Of a DNA stretch of 64,000 bases, positions 27,559 to 37,710 are shown piece after piece. The notes beneath the pieces were generated by a model, which was not told the DNA's origin, ran no database searches, and saw only the letters and a program-made list of their open reading frames with translations. The DNA lies in the NCBI GenBank assembly GCA_964637955.1, contig CAZWXQ010000003.1, forward strand, positions 159,154 to 223,153, read 5' to 3'. Within the stretch, counting starts at the first letter, position 1, and each line of letters opens with the position of its first letter. This stretch comes from an uncultured Gammaproteobacteria bacterium. Its GTDB lineage: Bacteria > Patescibacteriota > Microgenomatia > Levybacterales > UBA12049. Made by a program: the position numbers and the translations under genes.

Positions 27559-29160
27559 TTAATTAGGTGGTAAATTAGAATTCTTGTAGATATTTGTATA
27601 TTTTCCCCTAAGAACTAATTTGAAATTTTTTGAGAAATCGGGATTATTTTCTTTTACTAACTTTGTGTAGACTTCATCTCCGACATCTCCATTTGCCATA
27701 ATTATCCATTTAATATCTTTTGATGGCGTAGTAAGAGCGCGATTCCAGTAGTCACCTGTGCCCTCATGTACAAATCTTTTCAAATGCACTCCACTCGAGA
27801 AAGCCAAAGCATTATTGAATGCAATCGATGTCAGAATAAGTCCATCTTCATTATCTGCTGCACTTCTTATCCATCCACTTGCATCTCCCACTTGAAGGGA
27901 GCTAGTTCCAATTACACCGTCAGTTATTGTTACTACATCATTTCTAGCATAGAAAAATATGGACTGAATTATTATCAGCGAAAATAGCAGCATTTGAAGG
28001 ACTTTTTCTCTTGCCCAGTAAGCAGAAAAAACAGCAATTGCTGGCGCTACCATTAGTCCATATCTGACATTAAACCAGGATGTTTTTGCTTCTTCTGTCA
28101 CTTTAACTCCTAATTCCGGAGTAACTAAGATTGAATTCCCTATGTACAACGAAATAATATGAAAGGCAATTGGTGTAAGTAGAGTTAATACCGCGACAGT
28201 TAGGGGAGTAAGTTTGTTTCTGAATAAGAATAATAATAAGCCGATAATGGAAGAGATCATTAAGAAAGAACCAATATTATCAAGCATTGAAGACCAATAT
28301 GCTTGAATAGAAAGCGTTAGATTTTTATAAGTTAGTAATGATCCCGCTTCTTGAATACGCGCTTGTTGTGCATGTGCAGAATATGGGCCAAGCGCAAAGT
28401 AAAATGGATCATTAAAGATAAGCAGATTCCATATAATCCAAAGGAAAATTCCAAATCCACCAACAGTTAAAAATAGCAATAATCTTGCTTCAAGAATACG
28501 TAATCCTTGAGAAGCAGAAGAAGCGCTTATTTTTAATTTACCCTCCTGTTTGTAGTAAAGAAGAGTGATTATTACTATGGAAGGGGCCATGCATATAAAT
28601 AAAAACCATGCATCATATCGCGTTAAAGTTGCAAAAAATACCATCATTGCTGATAAGACTAAGTAGATAATGTTATATTTTTCCTTCACCCATTTAACCA
28701 GAAAATAAGAAGTTCCTGTAAAAAACATAAGAAGCGTAAGCTCTGTCATTGGAGTCGCTTGCATGTATAAAACGTTTGGATTTAAAAGAAATACAAGAGA
28801 ACCGAGAATTGAAGCGCCAATCCTTCTAGTTAGTTGAAATACTAACCCATATATAAATAGCGAGCATATTACATACGAGACCATTGATGCTATGCTGCCT
28901 GCAAATCCTGTTTGCCAAAGAGTATGATTCCAAACAAATGGAAGCATGAGTACATGGTTTAAGGGTAGCCAGACGCTACCTATTTGGGCGAGTCCAGGAT
29001 TAAGGTTATCAAATACAAGACGAGCCATATTTAGATGAGCTCTCGAGTCGTTGTACGCAACAATTACGTCTTTATATGAATAATAAAAAAAGCTCGTCAA
29101 GCTTAATGAGATAGATAAAATAATTATCAGATAAAGTCCATTTCTATAATTAAGCCTCAT
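27559..29160 (-). CDS. Polytopic membrane protein, family B' (paralog of 23494-25134)
   Basis: YNDSRAHLNMARLV, GSVWLPLNHVLMLP and the C-terminal KRFVHEGTGDYWN are shared with the plus-strand paralog. 533 aa. Confidence 0.4.
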   Translation of the reverse strand: MRLNYRNGLYLIIILSISLSLTSFFYYSYKDVIVAYNDSRAHLNMARLVFDNLNPGLAQIGSVWLPLNHVLMLPFVWNHTLWQTGFAGSIASMVSYVICSLFIYGLVFQLTRRIGASILGSLVFLLNPNVLYMQATPMTELTLLMFFTGTSYFLVKWVKEKYNIIYLVLSAMMVFFATLTRYDAWFLFICMAPSIVIITLLYYKQEGKLKISASSASQGLRILEARLLLFLTVGGFGIFLWIIWNLLIFNDPFYFALGPYSAHAQQARIQEAGSLLTYKNLTLSIQAYWSSMLDNIGSFLMISSIIGLLLFLFRNKLTPLTVAVLTLLTPIAFHIISLYIGNSILVTPELGVKVTEEAKTSWFNVRYGLMVAPAIAVFSAYWAREKVLQMLLFSLIIIQSIFFYARNDVVTITDGVIGTSSLQVGDASGWIRSAADNEDGLILTSIAFNNALAFSSGVHLKRFVHEGTGDYWNRALTTPSKDIKWIIMANGDVGDEVYTKLVKENNPDFSKNFKLVLRGKYTNIYKNSNLPPN

Positions 29161-30589
29161 TTATTGTTTCCTTTCTTAAAAATAAATAAGTCGAAAATAA
29201 AAATGAAAGACTTAGAAATCCGATAATTAAAACTAGATAGATGTATGGGTTAACAATATTTATTAAATAATTTTTATAGAAAAATGAATTTGGAGCGACT
29301 GTTTCGAGTTGCTTAATCGCATAAACAGGTGAATACCATATTCCGATGTATCCTTCACAAGGACAGGGAAGTAAGGTTCCTGTGAATGCTCCGATAGAGT
29401 TAATAATTATTCCCCAAATAACTGTAATACAGAAAATAAATTCAGCTAATAGTTTTCGAGACGAGTACTTTAAGAAATAAAGTAGAGGCAAGATAAGTAT
29501 AGGAATAGATGCTATTAGATATCTTGGGCCATAGCTCCATCCACCCCAATAATCTTGCCAAATAGAATAAAAAATAATATTTAAAGAAACAATAGAAAGT
29601 AAAGCGATTGAGAGATGCTTATCTCTTTTATATAGATTAAAAAAACCAAAAATTGCTAGAAGTAAGACAGGAGAAAAAATTAATATCCCTCTTTCAGGGC
29701 TTAGCGTTTGTGAAATTAAGCCTGGAAAAAGTCTCCTGTCATCAAATACTCCTTCTGCATTCCAGACCTTTATGGGAATTATGCTAGCCTTAAATCTTGA
29801 TCCTACTGATGAGCCGGAAGATTGGCCAATCTTGAATGGTGAGCCAAATGTGCTTTTATTATATAAAGATATCGCTGATCCAAATACTAGTAGTGGAATT
29901 AATAATAAAAAAATTCCGGAAAACATTTTTTTCTTTGAAGATTTAAAAAGTGAAACTATTATTAATAAAAATAAGGGGAATATGATAATTGCATTTGGAT
30001 AATCAATGGAAATTGAAAGAGCATAAAACAAGCCAAAAAATAAAATCGAAATTAACTTTTTCTTATTATAGAAAATTAGAAAAGATATTAAGCATAAAGT
30101 AATAAATAAAATTGAAAAAATGTGCGACCAGAATCCACCTGCAAATGAATAAATTAAAGTCGATACTCCAAATGAAATGCTTACAATAAATGAAGGTCCA
30201 GCAGAGAAATCTCCAAGTCTTCCTATGATGTAGAATAAGCTTATTGTAAGTGCAGCTATGATTGATATAATTCCAAACTCGAAAATGTACGGTATTTGGG
30301 TTGAGAATTTAAGTGCTATTTTATGAAAAGGAGTCATCATAAAAGACATACCTGCAGGGAACCTGCTGTAATAATGTCCATTTTTAAGACTTAGATCTGG
30401 AGCGGAAAAATCTTTATATTTATCAATACTTAATTTTTTATCTTCTACAATTGCTCGAGTTAATGCATATCTGCCTCTTTCTACTGAAGATACGAAGTTA
30501 TTGCGAATGCTGAGGATATATACAAAAGACATAAATATAAAAATAAATATGAAATATGCTATGTCTTTGGTGTGTTTGTTTTTTATCAT
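29150..30589 (-). CDS. GT-C-like polytopic membrane glycosyltransferase, family A' (paralog of 21948-23501)
   Basis: ERGRYALTRAIVE, IDYPNA and WQDYWGGWSYGPRYL are shared with the plus-strand paralog. 479 aa. Confidence 0.5.
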   Translation of the reverse strand: MIKNKHTKDIAYFIFIFIFMSFVYILSIRNNFVSSVERGRYALTRAIVEDKKLSIDKYKDFSAPDLSLKNGHYYSRFPAGMSFMMTPFHKIALKFSTQIPYIFEFGIISIIAALTISLFYIIGRLGDFSAGPSFIVSISFGVSTLIYSFAGGFWSHIFSILFITLCLISFLIFYNKKKLISILFFGLFYALSISIDYPNAIIIFPLFLLIIVSLFKSSKKKMFSGIFLLLIPLLVFGSAISLYNKSTFGSPFKIGQSSGSSVGSRFKASIIPIKVWNAEGVFDDRRLFPGLISQTLSPERGILIFSPVLLLAIFGFFNLYKRDKHLSIALLSIVSLNIIFYSIWQDYWGGWSYGPRYLIASIPILILPLLYFLKYSSRKLLAEFIFCITVIWGIIINSIGAFTGTLLPCPCEGYIGIWYSPVYAIKQLETVAPNSFFYKNYLINIVNPYIYLVLIIGFLSLSFLFSTYLFLRKETINEA

Positions 30590-30595
30590 TAATTA

Positions 30596-32167
30596 CTATG
30601 TATAAATTCTCTGGTCAACAAGATTATTGCCAATATTTTTTTCCGATTGAGCAAGAGAATTGTCATTTTTTAAGTGAAGTCCGTGTTTTGTTTTAGCCCA
30701 GTGATGAGGACGAACTATGGTTTCATATACAGATTTCCAGGCTGCAATACTAATTGCCAACCAATATAGCGGAACAATGAAGGCATACTTGCAAAGATCG
30801 TAGTATCGTCTTTTATAACATCCAAGCATGTAGTAGACAATTTGAACAAAGTTTCCAAAGACTAATGTAAATACTGCTGGATATAGAAGGGGAGCTGGAT
30901 AAAATCCTTCAATCGTAGGCCCGATTTGATTTCTAAAAACAAAATATGACACAGTTATGATCCACATAATAGGATTAATAAGCATAGAAAGGACCTTTGT
31001 CCCTAAAATGACTTGAAAAGTTAAAATATGAGGATTTTTCCATGTGGTAATAAAATCAGAAGGATTTCTCATATGAACTATGTAGGTTTGGATGTAGCCC
31101 TTAATCCAACGAGTTCTTTGCTGAAGCCAATTTGCTACATCGCTATTTGCTTCTTCTAAGGTAACACTTTCCAGAATCCCTGTTCTGTATCCTCGTTTAA
31201 ATAGCCGCATTCCCAAATCGGCATCCTCAGTAACATTAAAAGGATCCCAACCGCCTAGATTACTTAAGTCTTTGGTTCTGAAGTGATTTGATGTTCCGCC
31301 TAGAGGAATTGGAGCTTGAATAGATTGGAGACCTGTTAGGATTAAATCAAACCATAGTGAGTACTCTGCCGTGAATACTCGAGTAAGAATATTTTGGTGA
31401 GGATTATAGAAATTTAGCTTAGCTTGAAGACAAATTATGTTCGGATTAATTTTAGAAAAAGCTGCGACTGACTTCTTTAGCTGAAGAGGATCTGGAACAT
31501 CTTCGGCATCATAGATTACGCAATATTCACCCCTTGCTCTAGGTAGGGCATAGTTCATGGCTTTTGGCTTTGTTTTAGGAAGTGAGTTTGGAACCGTAAC
31601 GATTTCAAAAAAATTTGGCAATGACATTTTACCTATTTGAGTAATAGTTTCAATATCATCATCTTCTAGGATTAATAAAATCTGGAGTTTTTCCTTAGGA
31701 TAATTAAGACGCGTCATAGCTGAAATGAATTGACCTAAGACAGCTCCCTCTTTATATACAGGACAAAGCACAGTATAGACTGGTAAGTTTTCATCAATCT
31801 GTTTTATTTCTTCAGGGGAAATTTTTATAATCCCCTTTTTTACAAAACTTCTGCAGATAAGGAAAAAATTAAACAAAAGATCTAAGAAATAAATTATTGT
31901 AATAATTATTACAAGAATCTGAGCAGTATATCTCCAGTTAAGTATAAGAAAAAAAGTAAGTATCGAAAAAAAGAGAAGTAGAAATATTTTTTGAGCTTTT
32001 GAAAATAAAAAATTAGCACTTTCATTCTTTCTCATGGTTGAGATTTGAATGTGGTTTTTTATTTTATTGGGGAACTTAAATTCTTTAAGAATCTCATCAG
32101 AAGAAACCCATCTCAGGGCAGAGTTATTTTTAGTCTTCTTATGTTTTTTGTGATTATCTTCTTCCAT
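30596..32167 (-). CDS. Processive GT2 synthase (PgaC/IcaA/NodC/cellulose-synthase-like), stand-alone paralog of the central domain of the 1203-aa protein
   Basis: YDAEDVPD, VTEDADLG (TED) and LQQRTRW (QxxRW) are present, with N- and C-terminal TM helices. It is collinear with residues about 340-740 of the 13734-17345 protein. 523 aa. Confidence 0.8.
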   Translation of the reverse strand: MEEDNHKKHKKTKNNSALRWVSSDEILKEFKFPNKIKNHIQISTMRKNESANFLFSKAQKIFLLLFFSILTFFLILNWRYTAQILVIIITIIYFLDLLFNFFLICRSFVKKGIIKISPEEIKQIDENLPVYTVLCPVYKEGAVLGQFISAMTRLNYPKEKLQILLILEDDDIETITQIGKMSLPNFFEIVTVPNSLPKTKPKAMNYALPRARGEYCVIYDAEDVPDPLQLKKSVAAFSKINPNIICLQAKLNFYNPHQNILTRVFTAEYSLWFDLILTGLQSIQAPIPLGGTSNHFRTKDLSNLGGWDPFNVTEDADLGMRLFKRGYRTGILESVTLEEANSDVANWLQQRTRWIKGYIQTYIVHMRNPSDFITTWKNPHILTFQVILGTKVLSMLINPIMWIITVSYFVFRNQIGPTIEGFYPAPLLYPAVFTLVFGNFVQIVYYMLGCYKRRYYDLCKYAFIVPLYWLAISIAAWKSVYETIVRPHHWAKTKHGLHLKNDNSLAQSEKNIGNNLVDQRIYT

Positions 32168-32336
32168 CTTAAGTTAATTGCAATATGATTAATTCAATAT
32201 AAATTCATTAGCTTAGCTTAAGAGATATATTTATACGGAGCATTTATTATAAAGCAGTATAATTTAGTATGTAAAGCTTAGTTGTGTAAGAATTTTGTAA
32301 AATTATCATTAGACGCTTTGGTCTAAGCATTTAGCC

Positions 32337-32410
32337 TTGACTTTGTGCCTCCGCTTATATATAATCTTGACTCAGATTTAAACTGCCTCAAATTGCCTCA
32401 ATTTAAATCA
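32337..32410 (+). promoter_or_regulatory. Near-consensus promoter TTGACT (32337-32342), 17-nt spacer, TATAAT (32360-32365). Three phased 10-bp repeats follow in the leader (AACTGCCTCA / AATTGCCTCA / ATTTAAATCA, 32381-32410)
   Basis: Both hexamers match consensus. The tandem repeats sit between the predicted transcription start and the adaptor-protein ATG at 32426. Confidence 0.5.
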
Positions 32411-32425
32411 GAAAGCATCTTTTTT

Positions 32426-33928
32426 ATGAATTTTATAAATAGATTAAATAGAGATTTTAGAGAAAATAGAATTAAATCAACTAAGAAGGTTAATTCTTTA
32501 GCAAATAGTGCAAATAGTCATAGAAAATCAATCTACGATAAATCTATGAAAACTGCAGGAAAGCATCCTATTGCTAGTTTTTTAGTTCTTTTAGGTTCAC
32601 TTTTACTTTTAATAATACTTAGCAATTTCCTGGTTAAACCAAAAGTTACCGTAGAAGAAACAGCACTTCCAACAAAAAATGTAGTAGTATATTCAATCGG
32701 TGAATCTCCAAAAGTTACACTCCAAGCCCAGGTTGAGAAATCAGGCGTTATTAAAGTAGTTGCACTGGGTTCTGGTGTAGTCCAGTCAATAAATGCTCAA
32801 GTTGGACAAGATGTTGCTCAGGGAACAACCTTAGTCTCAATGTCTACAAATTATCAAGGAGGAAATGCTTTTTCAGTTCAAAGACAACTCGCTCAAGTTT
32901 CATATAAAAATGCAGTTGATACATATGATGCTAATAAAGATATTATCGCAAAGCAAAAAGAAGTTGCACAAAAGAGTAATGAAAGCGCAGATAAACTTCG
33001 AGAAATTAATGCAAATTCAATTGATGATACTCAAAACTTAATTAATCTAAATAATGATATGCTTACATCTTTATCAGTTGCACAGGAAGAACTTAAAGCA
33101 ACCAATGTTGATGGAAGTAATGACGCATTAATTATGCAAAATCAACAAATGCAAAATCAGTTAAAATCAGCAAACGCTCAGCTTCAATCTAGCGTTGATA
33201 CGCTTCAATATACAACAAGTGACACTAACGCTCCCGCCCAAATCGCAGATATTACAAAAGACATAACAATAAAGCAGTTAGAACTTCAAGAAAAAGCTTT
33301 GAATTTAAATAAAGAAGTTACAAGATTAAATCTTCAGCTTGCTCAAATTACAGAAGCGCTTATGTATCCTTCATCTCCAATCGCAGGAACAGTTGAGAGA
33401 ATTTATGTAAAAGAGGGGCAAGCGATAAATCCTGGAACACCAATTATGCAAATTAGTGGAGCAAGCGATAGTCTAATTGCGGTAGTTCCAATGAGTAAAG
33501 ATATGGCAACTGGAGTTTCTAAAAATTTAGTAAGTACACTTCATATTGGTAATAAAATATTTCAGTCAGTTCCATTTTATGTAAGTAGTGATGCAACTGA
33601 TGGAAGTCTATTTACCGCGCAGTATCAAATACCTCAGGAATACGCATCCTTAGTGACAGATAAATCATATATTGTTATTGAAATTCCAATTTCTTATGCA
33701 AGTACGGGAAGTACGGTACCATTTATTCCATTAGATAGTGTATTCCAGACTCAGGACGCATCCTACGTTTTTATCGTTAAGAATGGTGAAGCTAAATCAA
33801 AACGAATAATTTTAGGCCAAGTAATCGGAAGTTTTGTTGAAGTTAAAAAGGGACTCGAGAACGGAGATCAAGTAATACTTAATAGAAATGTAATTGACGG
33901 AGATCCTGTAAAAGTCACGAATAATTAA
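32426..33928 (+). CDS. RND-efflux periplasmic adaptor / membrane fusion protein (HlyD-like), unusually long
   Basis: N-terminal TM anchor, biotinyl-lipoyl-like and long Q/N-rich coiled-coil segments, and a C-terminal beta-barrel region (VERIYVKEGQAINPGTPIMQI). The track ORF start at 32345 is a GTG inside the promoter, so I used the ATG at 32426. Confidence 0.6.
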   Translation: MNFINRLNRDFRENRIKSTKKVNSLANSANSHRKSIYDKSMKTAGKHPIASFLVLLGSLLLLIILSNFLVKPKVTVEETALPTKNVVVYSIGESPKVTLQAQVEKSGVIKVVALGSGVVQSINAQVGQDVAQGTTLVSMSTNYQGGNAFSVQRQLAQVSYKNAVDTYDANKDIIAKQKEVAQKSNESADKLREINANSIDDTQNLINLNNDMLTSLSVAQEELKATNVDGSNDALIMQNQQMQNQLKSANAQLQSSVDTLQYTTSDTNAPAQIADITKDITIKQLELQEKALNLNKEVTRLNLQLAQITEALMYPSSPIAGTVERIYVKEGQAINPGTPIMQISGASDSLIAVVPMSKDMATGVSKNLVSTLHIGNKIFQSVPFYVSSDATDGSLFTAQYQIPQEYASLVTDKSYIVIEIPISYASTGSTVPFIPLDSVFQTQDASYVFIVKNGEAKSKRIILGQVIGSFVEVKKGLENGDQVILNRNVIDGDPVKVTNN

Positions 33929-36900
33929 TGAAACATGCATCATATCTCTCACATCTTTTCTTTGATAAAAAGCTAGAAAATTCGATTCAAGCTAAGTATC
34001 TTCGTAATCCAAGATTATTAGTTCTTCTATTAATTATAATTGTCACTTTTGGAATTTATAGTTATATAAATCTACCAAGGCGACTTAATCCTGAAATTAA
34101 AATTCCTTATGTAGTTGTAAGTACAGTTCTACCTGGAGCCAGTGCAAGTGATGTTGAGACTCTTGTGACAAATCCAATTGAAGACGCTGTGGGTGGAATT
34201 CAAAATATCGATACATATACTTCAAGTTCAAGAGATTCGGTTTCTGTTGTTCAAATTCAATTTAAAACTGGAATTGATGCTGATAAGGCTACAGCTGATG
34301 TAAAGAGCGCAGTTGATGGTGTAGCTCTTCCAGCAGATGCTCAAAAGCCAAGTGTAAGTAAAGTTGATTTTGAACAGTTTCCGGTTTGGTCTTTCTCGTT
34401 AACAAGTAAAAATAACGACGCCGCATCCCTTATTACTTTTTCTAAACAACTTCATGAAGCACTTGAGGCAGTGCCAACTGTTGATGATGTCAATGTCGCA
34501 GGCTTAGAGGAGCAGGAGATTCAAATTGTTGTTAAACCTGAGGCAATGACAACTTACGGATTTAATCCACAAGTTTTATTTGGTGAGCTAAGTAATGCAA
34601 CTAAGTCTTTCCCATCAGGTGTTGTGAGATCAGATGGATCTAGTTTTACTCTTAGCGTTGATCCAGCCGTTTCAAACATAGAAGACATTAGGCAAACTAA
34701 AATAAATTTGAATGGATCAATCATTCCATTGTCTGATATTGCTGTAGTTTCAGAAAAATCGAAACCTTCACAAGCCCAAAGTTTTATTAGTCACACAAAT
34801 GGAAACATTGAGCAGTCAGTAACTTTCTCAGTATTTAAAGCTGAAAATGCAGATATTAGTAAGACTGTAAAAGACGCAGAAAAAGTAACTGATACTTTGG
34901 TAAGTCGTTACGGCGATGAATTTAATGTTTCAACGATAACTGATGTTTCAGAGCAAATTGATGAACAGTTTAGAGAACTAGTTCGTGATTTTCTAATGAC
35001 GGTAGTTTTAGTATTCATTGCTCTACTTATTTTCTTAGGAATAAGACAAGCAGTGGTAGCTTCAATTTCAATTCCAATTACTTTCTTAATAAGCTTTAGT
35101 ATCATGTATGTTTTTGGAGTTTCACTTTCTTTTATTGCATATTTTTCTCTTCTTTTAGCTCTAGGACTTTTGGTTGATGACACGATTGTGGTTATTTCAG
35201 CAATGACCTCATATTATAGATCTGGTAAATTTACTCCATATCAAACAGGTCTACTTGTTTGGAAAGATTTTATTACTCCAATTTTAACTACAACTTTAAC
35301 AACAGTATGGGCGTTTATACCACTTCTTTTGTCGACTGGAATAATTGGAGAATTTATAAAACCAATTCCAATTGTAGTTTCATCAACATTACTAGCTTCA
35401 TTTTTCGTAGCTATGTTTATTACGCTTCCAATTATTTCTTACTTACTTAAGCCAACACTTCCAAAACGCGTAAAAGTATTAATTTCAATATTAACAATCG
35501 GAGTATTAATTGGGATAATTGTAGCTGTTTCACCAAAAACTCCGATCGTAATTCCTCAGATAATTATTTTTGCCGTATTAATATTCTTAGTCTTTAAATT
35601 AAAAGATGTATATAAAGCTAGATTTAATAAATCTGTAGGTACAACAACTAAAAAATATCATAATTATTTTGATCAGGGCTTCATAAGTTTTGAAGGAATT
35701 TCCATGAGATATCAATCTTTTATTGGAAAGATTTTGTCTAGCAAAAAATCAATGAGAATTACAGTTGCAATCGTTGTGATATTTTCAGTGTTTTCATATC
35801 TCTTGGTGCCTCTAGGATTCGTTAAGAACGAATTCTTTCCCAAGACTGATTCTGACTCACTAACTATTTCAGTAGAGCTTCCTGCAGGAACTAATATAGA
35901 GAGCAGTAAAAATGAAGCTTTATTGTTATTTAAAAAGTTACAAAATAACCCTGATGTAAAAATTGTATCTCTTGATTTAGGCGCAGCTAGTGGATCGTTT
36001 GGAGGATCCCAAAGTTCAGGATCAAATAGTTTCTTAATAACTTTAGTACTCAATCAGAAAAATAGTTCTGAGGTAGCCCAAAACATTAGAAATGAATTTA
36101 AAAATTACTCAGTAGGTAAGTTTTCAATTAATGAAGATTCAGGTGGACCTCCAGCAGGAAGTGATGTTCAAATAAACTTCTCAGGTGAAGATTTAGGTAA
36201 TCTAGATGAAATTGCAAATAATACGCAAAAATATTTAGAATCAATTCCTGGAGTAACAAATATTGATAAATCTATTAAGCCCGGAACAAGTAAAGTGATT
36301 TTTGTACCAAACAAGCAGATTCTTTCAGACAATGGAATTACATTTGATCAAATTGCACTTTTACTTAGAACATTTGCGAGTGGAACAAAAATTAGTACTG
36401 TAAAAATTAGCACAGTAAATAATACTGAGCAAGATTTAACGCTTAGATTTTCATCAGGAACTCAATTTGTTGATGACATAGGGTCTCTTAATTTGGTAAA
36501 TCTATCGGGTCAAATAGTGCCACTTCTTTCTCTTGGAGAGATGAAGCTTGAATCTAGTCCAACAGTTATAAATCACGAAAAGGGGGACAGAACTATTTCT
36601 GTAACTGCAAGCGTAACTAAAGGGACATCGGTTCAGGATGTAAATAAGCAGGTTGAAAGTTATGCTAAGACTTTAAATCTTCCTTCAGGATATTCTTGGA
36701 AAACAGGTGGAGTTAATGAAGAAAATCAAAAATCAGTAAACTCAATTCTTATTGCGATGCTTTTGTCAGTAATTCTAATTTTAACAACGATGGTTCTTCA
36801 GTTCCAATCATTTAGAAAAGCTTTCATTGTTATTTTAGTAATTCCACTTTCAATTTCTGGAGTATTTATTGTGTTCTCACTTACTCATACGCCGCTTTCA

Positions 36901-37233
36901 TTCCCAGCAATGATTGGAGTTTTAGCTTTATTTGGAATTGTTGTTAAGAATTCGATTCTTATCGTAGATAAGATTCAGGCTAATGAAAAAACAGAAATGG
37001 ACTTTATTGATGGAGTTGCTGAAGGTGCAGCAAGTAGATTAGAACCTATTGCCCTAACTTCTCTTACAGCAATTCTAGGTTTAATTCCAATTACATTGTC
37101 GGATCCGTTATGGAGAGGTCTTGGAGGCGCAATTATTTCAGGATTAGCATTTTCAGGAACAATCATGCTTTTCTTTATCCCAGTAGTTTACTACATGATT
37201 TTCAATTCTAGTCAAAAAGAGAAGATAAAATAG
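33928..37233 (+). CDS. RND-family efflux transporter permease (AcrB-like)
   Basis: 1101 aa with a 12-TM topology and two large extracytoplasmic loops. The N-terminus RLLVLLLIIIVTFGIYSYINLPRRLNPEIKIPYVVVS is typical of the AcrB family. Confidence 0.8.
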   Translation: MKHASYLSHLFFDKKLENSIQAKYLRNPRLLVLLLIIIVTFGIYSYINLPRRLNPEIKIPYVVVSTVLPGASASDVETLVTNPIEDAVGGIQNIDTYTSSSRDSVSVVQIQFKTGIDADKATADVKSAVDGVALPADAQKPSVSKVDFEQFPVWSFSLTSKNNDAASLITFSKQLHEALEAVPTVDDVNVAGLEEQEIQIVVKPEAMTTYGFNPQVLFGELSNATKSFPSGVVRSDGSSFTLSVDPAVSNIEDIRQTKINLNGSIIPLSDIAVVSEKSKPSQAQSFISHTNGNIEQSVTFSVFKAENADISKTVKDAEKVTDTLVSRYGDEFNVSTITDVSEQIDEQFRELVRDFLMTVVLVFIALLIFLGIRQAVVASISIPITFLISFSIMYVFGVSLSFIAYFSLLLALGLLVDDTIVVISAMTSYYRSGKFTPYQTGLLVWKDFITPILTTTLTTVWAFIPLLLSTGIIGEFIKPIPIVVSSTLLASFFVAMFITLPIISYLLKPTLPKRVKVLISILTIGVLIGIIVAVSPKTPIVIPQIIIFAVLIFLVFKLKDVYKARFNKSVGTTTKKYHNYFDQGFISFEGISMRYQSFIGKILSSKKSMRITVAIVVIFSVFSYLLVPLGFVKNEFFPKTDSDSLTISVELPAGTNIESSKNEALLLFKKLQNNPDVKIVSLDLGAASGSFGGSQSSGSNSFLITLVLNQKNSSEVAQNIRNEFKNYSVGKFSINEDSGGPPAGSDVQINFSGEDLGNLDEIANNTQKYLESIPGVTNIDKSIKPGTSKVIFVPNKQILSDNGITFDQIALLLRTFASGTKISTVKISTVNNTEQDLTLRFSSGTQFVDDIGSLNLVNLSGQIVPLLSLGEMKLESSPTVINHEKGDRTISVTASVTKGTSVQDVNKQVESYAKTLNLPSGYSWKTGGVNEENQKSVNSILIAMLLSVILILTTMVLQFQSFRKAFIVILVIPLSISGVFIVFSLTHTPLSFPAMIGVLALFGIVVKNSILIVDKIQANEKTEMDFIDGVAEGAASRLEPIALTSLTAILGLIPITLSDPLWRGLGGAIISGLAFSGTIMLFFIPVVYYMIFNSSQKEKIK

Positions 37234-37654
37234 ATTGAATTGAATCAATTTTTTCTTTTACCTCTTCAATTAAATTTTCTACTTGGTTAGTTTTTTCTTC
37301 AATTTCTTTTGCTTCATTTATTGGTGTCGGTTTTGAAGTCATTGTTGGGGAGTTTGAATCGGTCGAGGAAGGTGAAGTATTTTTTGGAGCGCTTGAAACT
37401 GAAACTCCATTTACTTTGATTTCAGATTCTCCGTTTTCTGATTTAACACTTACATCTCCTGGTTTATCTGATTCATAATGTGTAACTTTGCCATTTGTTT
37501 CGACTGTAATATCAGTGTGAGAAGTTGTTTGAGAGGTGGAATTTGAGGATGAGTTTACATTGTTGTGAATGTCTACATTAGCTGAAGATATTGCTAAAGC
37601 ATTCGGAGTAAATATTATTGATATCGAGAAGATTGTAAATAATAATTTTTTCAT
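37208..37654 (-). CDS. Small secreted Ser/Thr/Asn-rich protein with a signal peptide; function unknown
   Basis: MKKLLFTIFSISIIFTPNALA is a signal peptide. The body is low-complexity S/T-rich with a C-terminal coiled-coil-like segment. It converges on the RND gene with a 26-nt overlap. Confidence 0.35.
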   Translation of the reverse strand: MKKLLFTIFSISIIFTPNALAISSANVDIHNNVNSSSNSTSQTTSHTDITVETNGKVTHYESDKPGDVSVKSENGESEIKVNGVSVSSAPKNTSPSSTDSNSPTMTSKPTPINEAKEIEEKTNQVENLIEEVKEKIDSIQSILSSLFD

Positions 37655-37675
37655 GGACTAAAATTATATCACATG

Positions 37676-37702
37676 TTGAAAAGCATAAAAATTTGTTATA
37701 AT
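37676..37702 (+). promoter_or_regulatory. Extended -10 promoter: TTGAAA (37676-37681), 15-nt spacer, TGtTATAAT (37694-37702). The predicted transcript is leaderless or nearly so (ATG at 37711)
   Basis: The -10 ends 8 nt before the start codon of the FKBP gene. Confidence 0.4.
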
Positions 37703-37710
37703 ATTTTTCC

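Noticed and set aside
32168-32336. Promoter for the minus-strand GT2 synthase gene
   Set aside because: There are only weak matches (TTACAC-N17-TAAATT on the complement). I am not confident enough to annotate it.
32345-32425. Track-predicted GTG start of the RND adaptor at 32345
   Set aside because: It overlaps the near-consensus promoter (32337-32365). The first ATG downstream of the predicted transcription start is at 32426.
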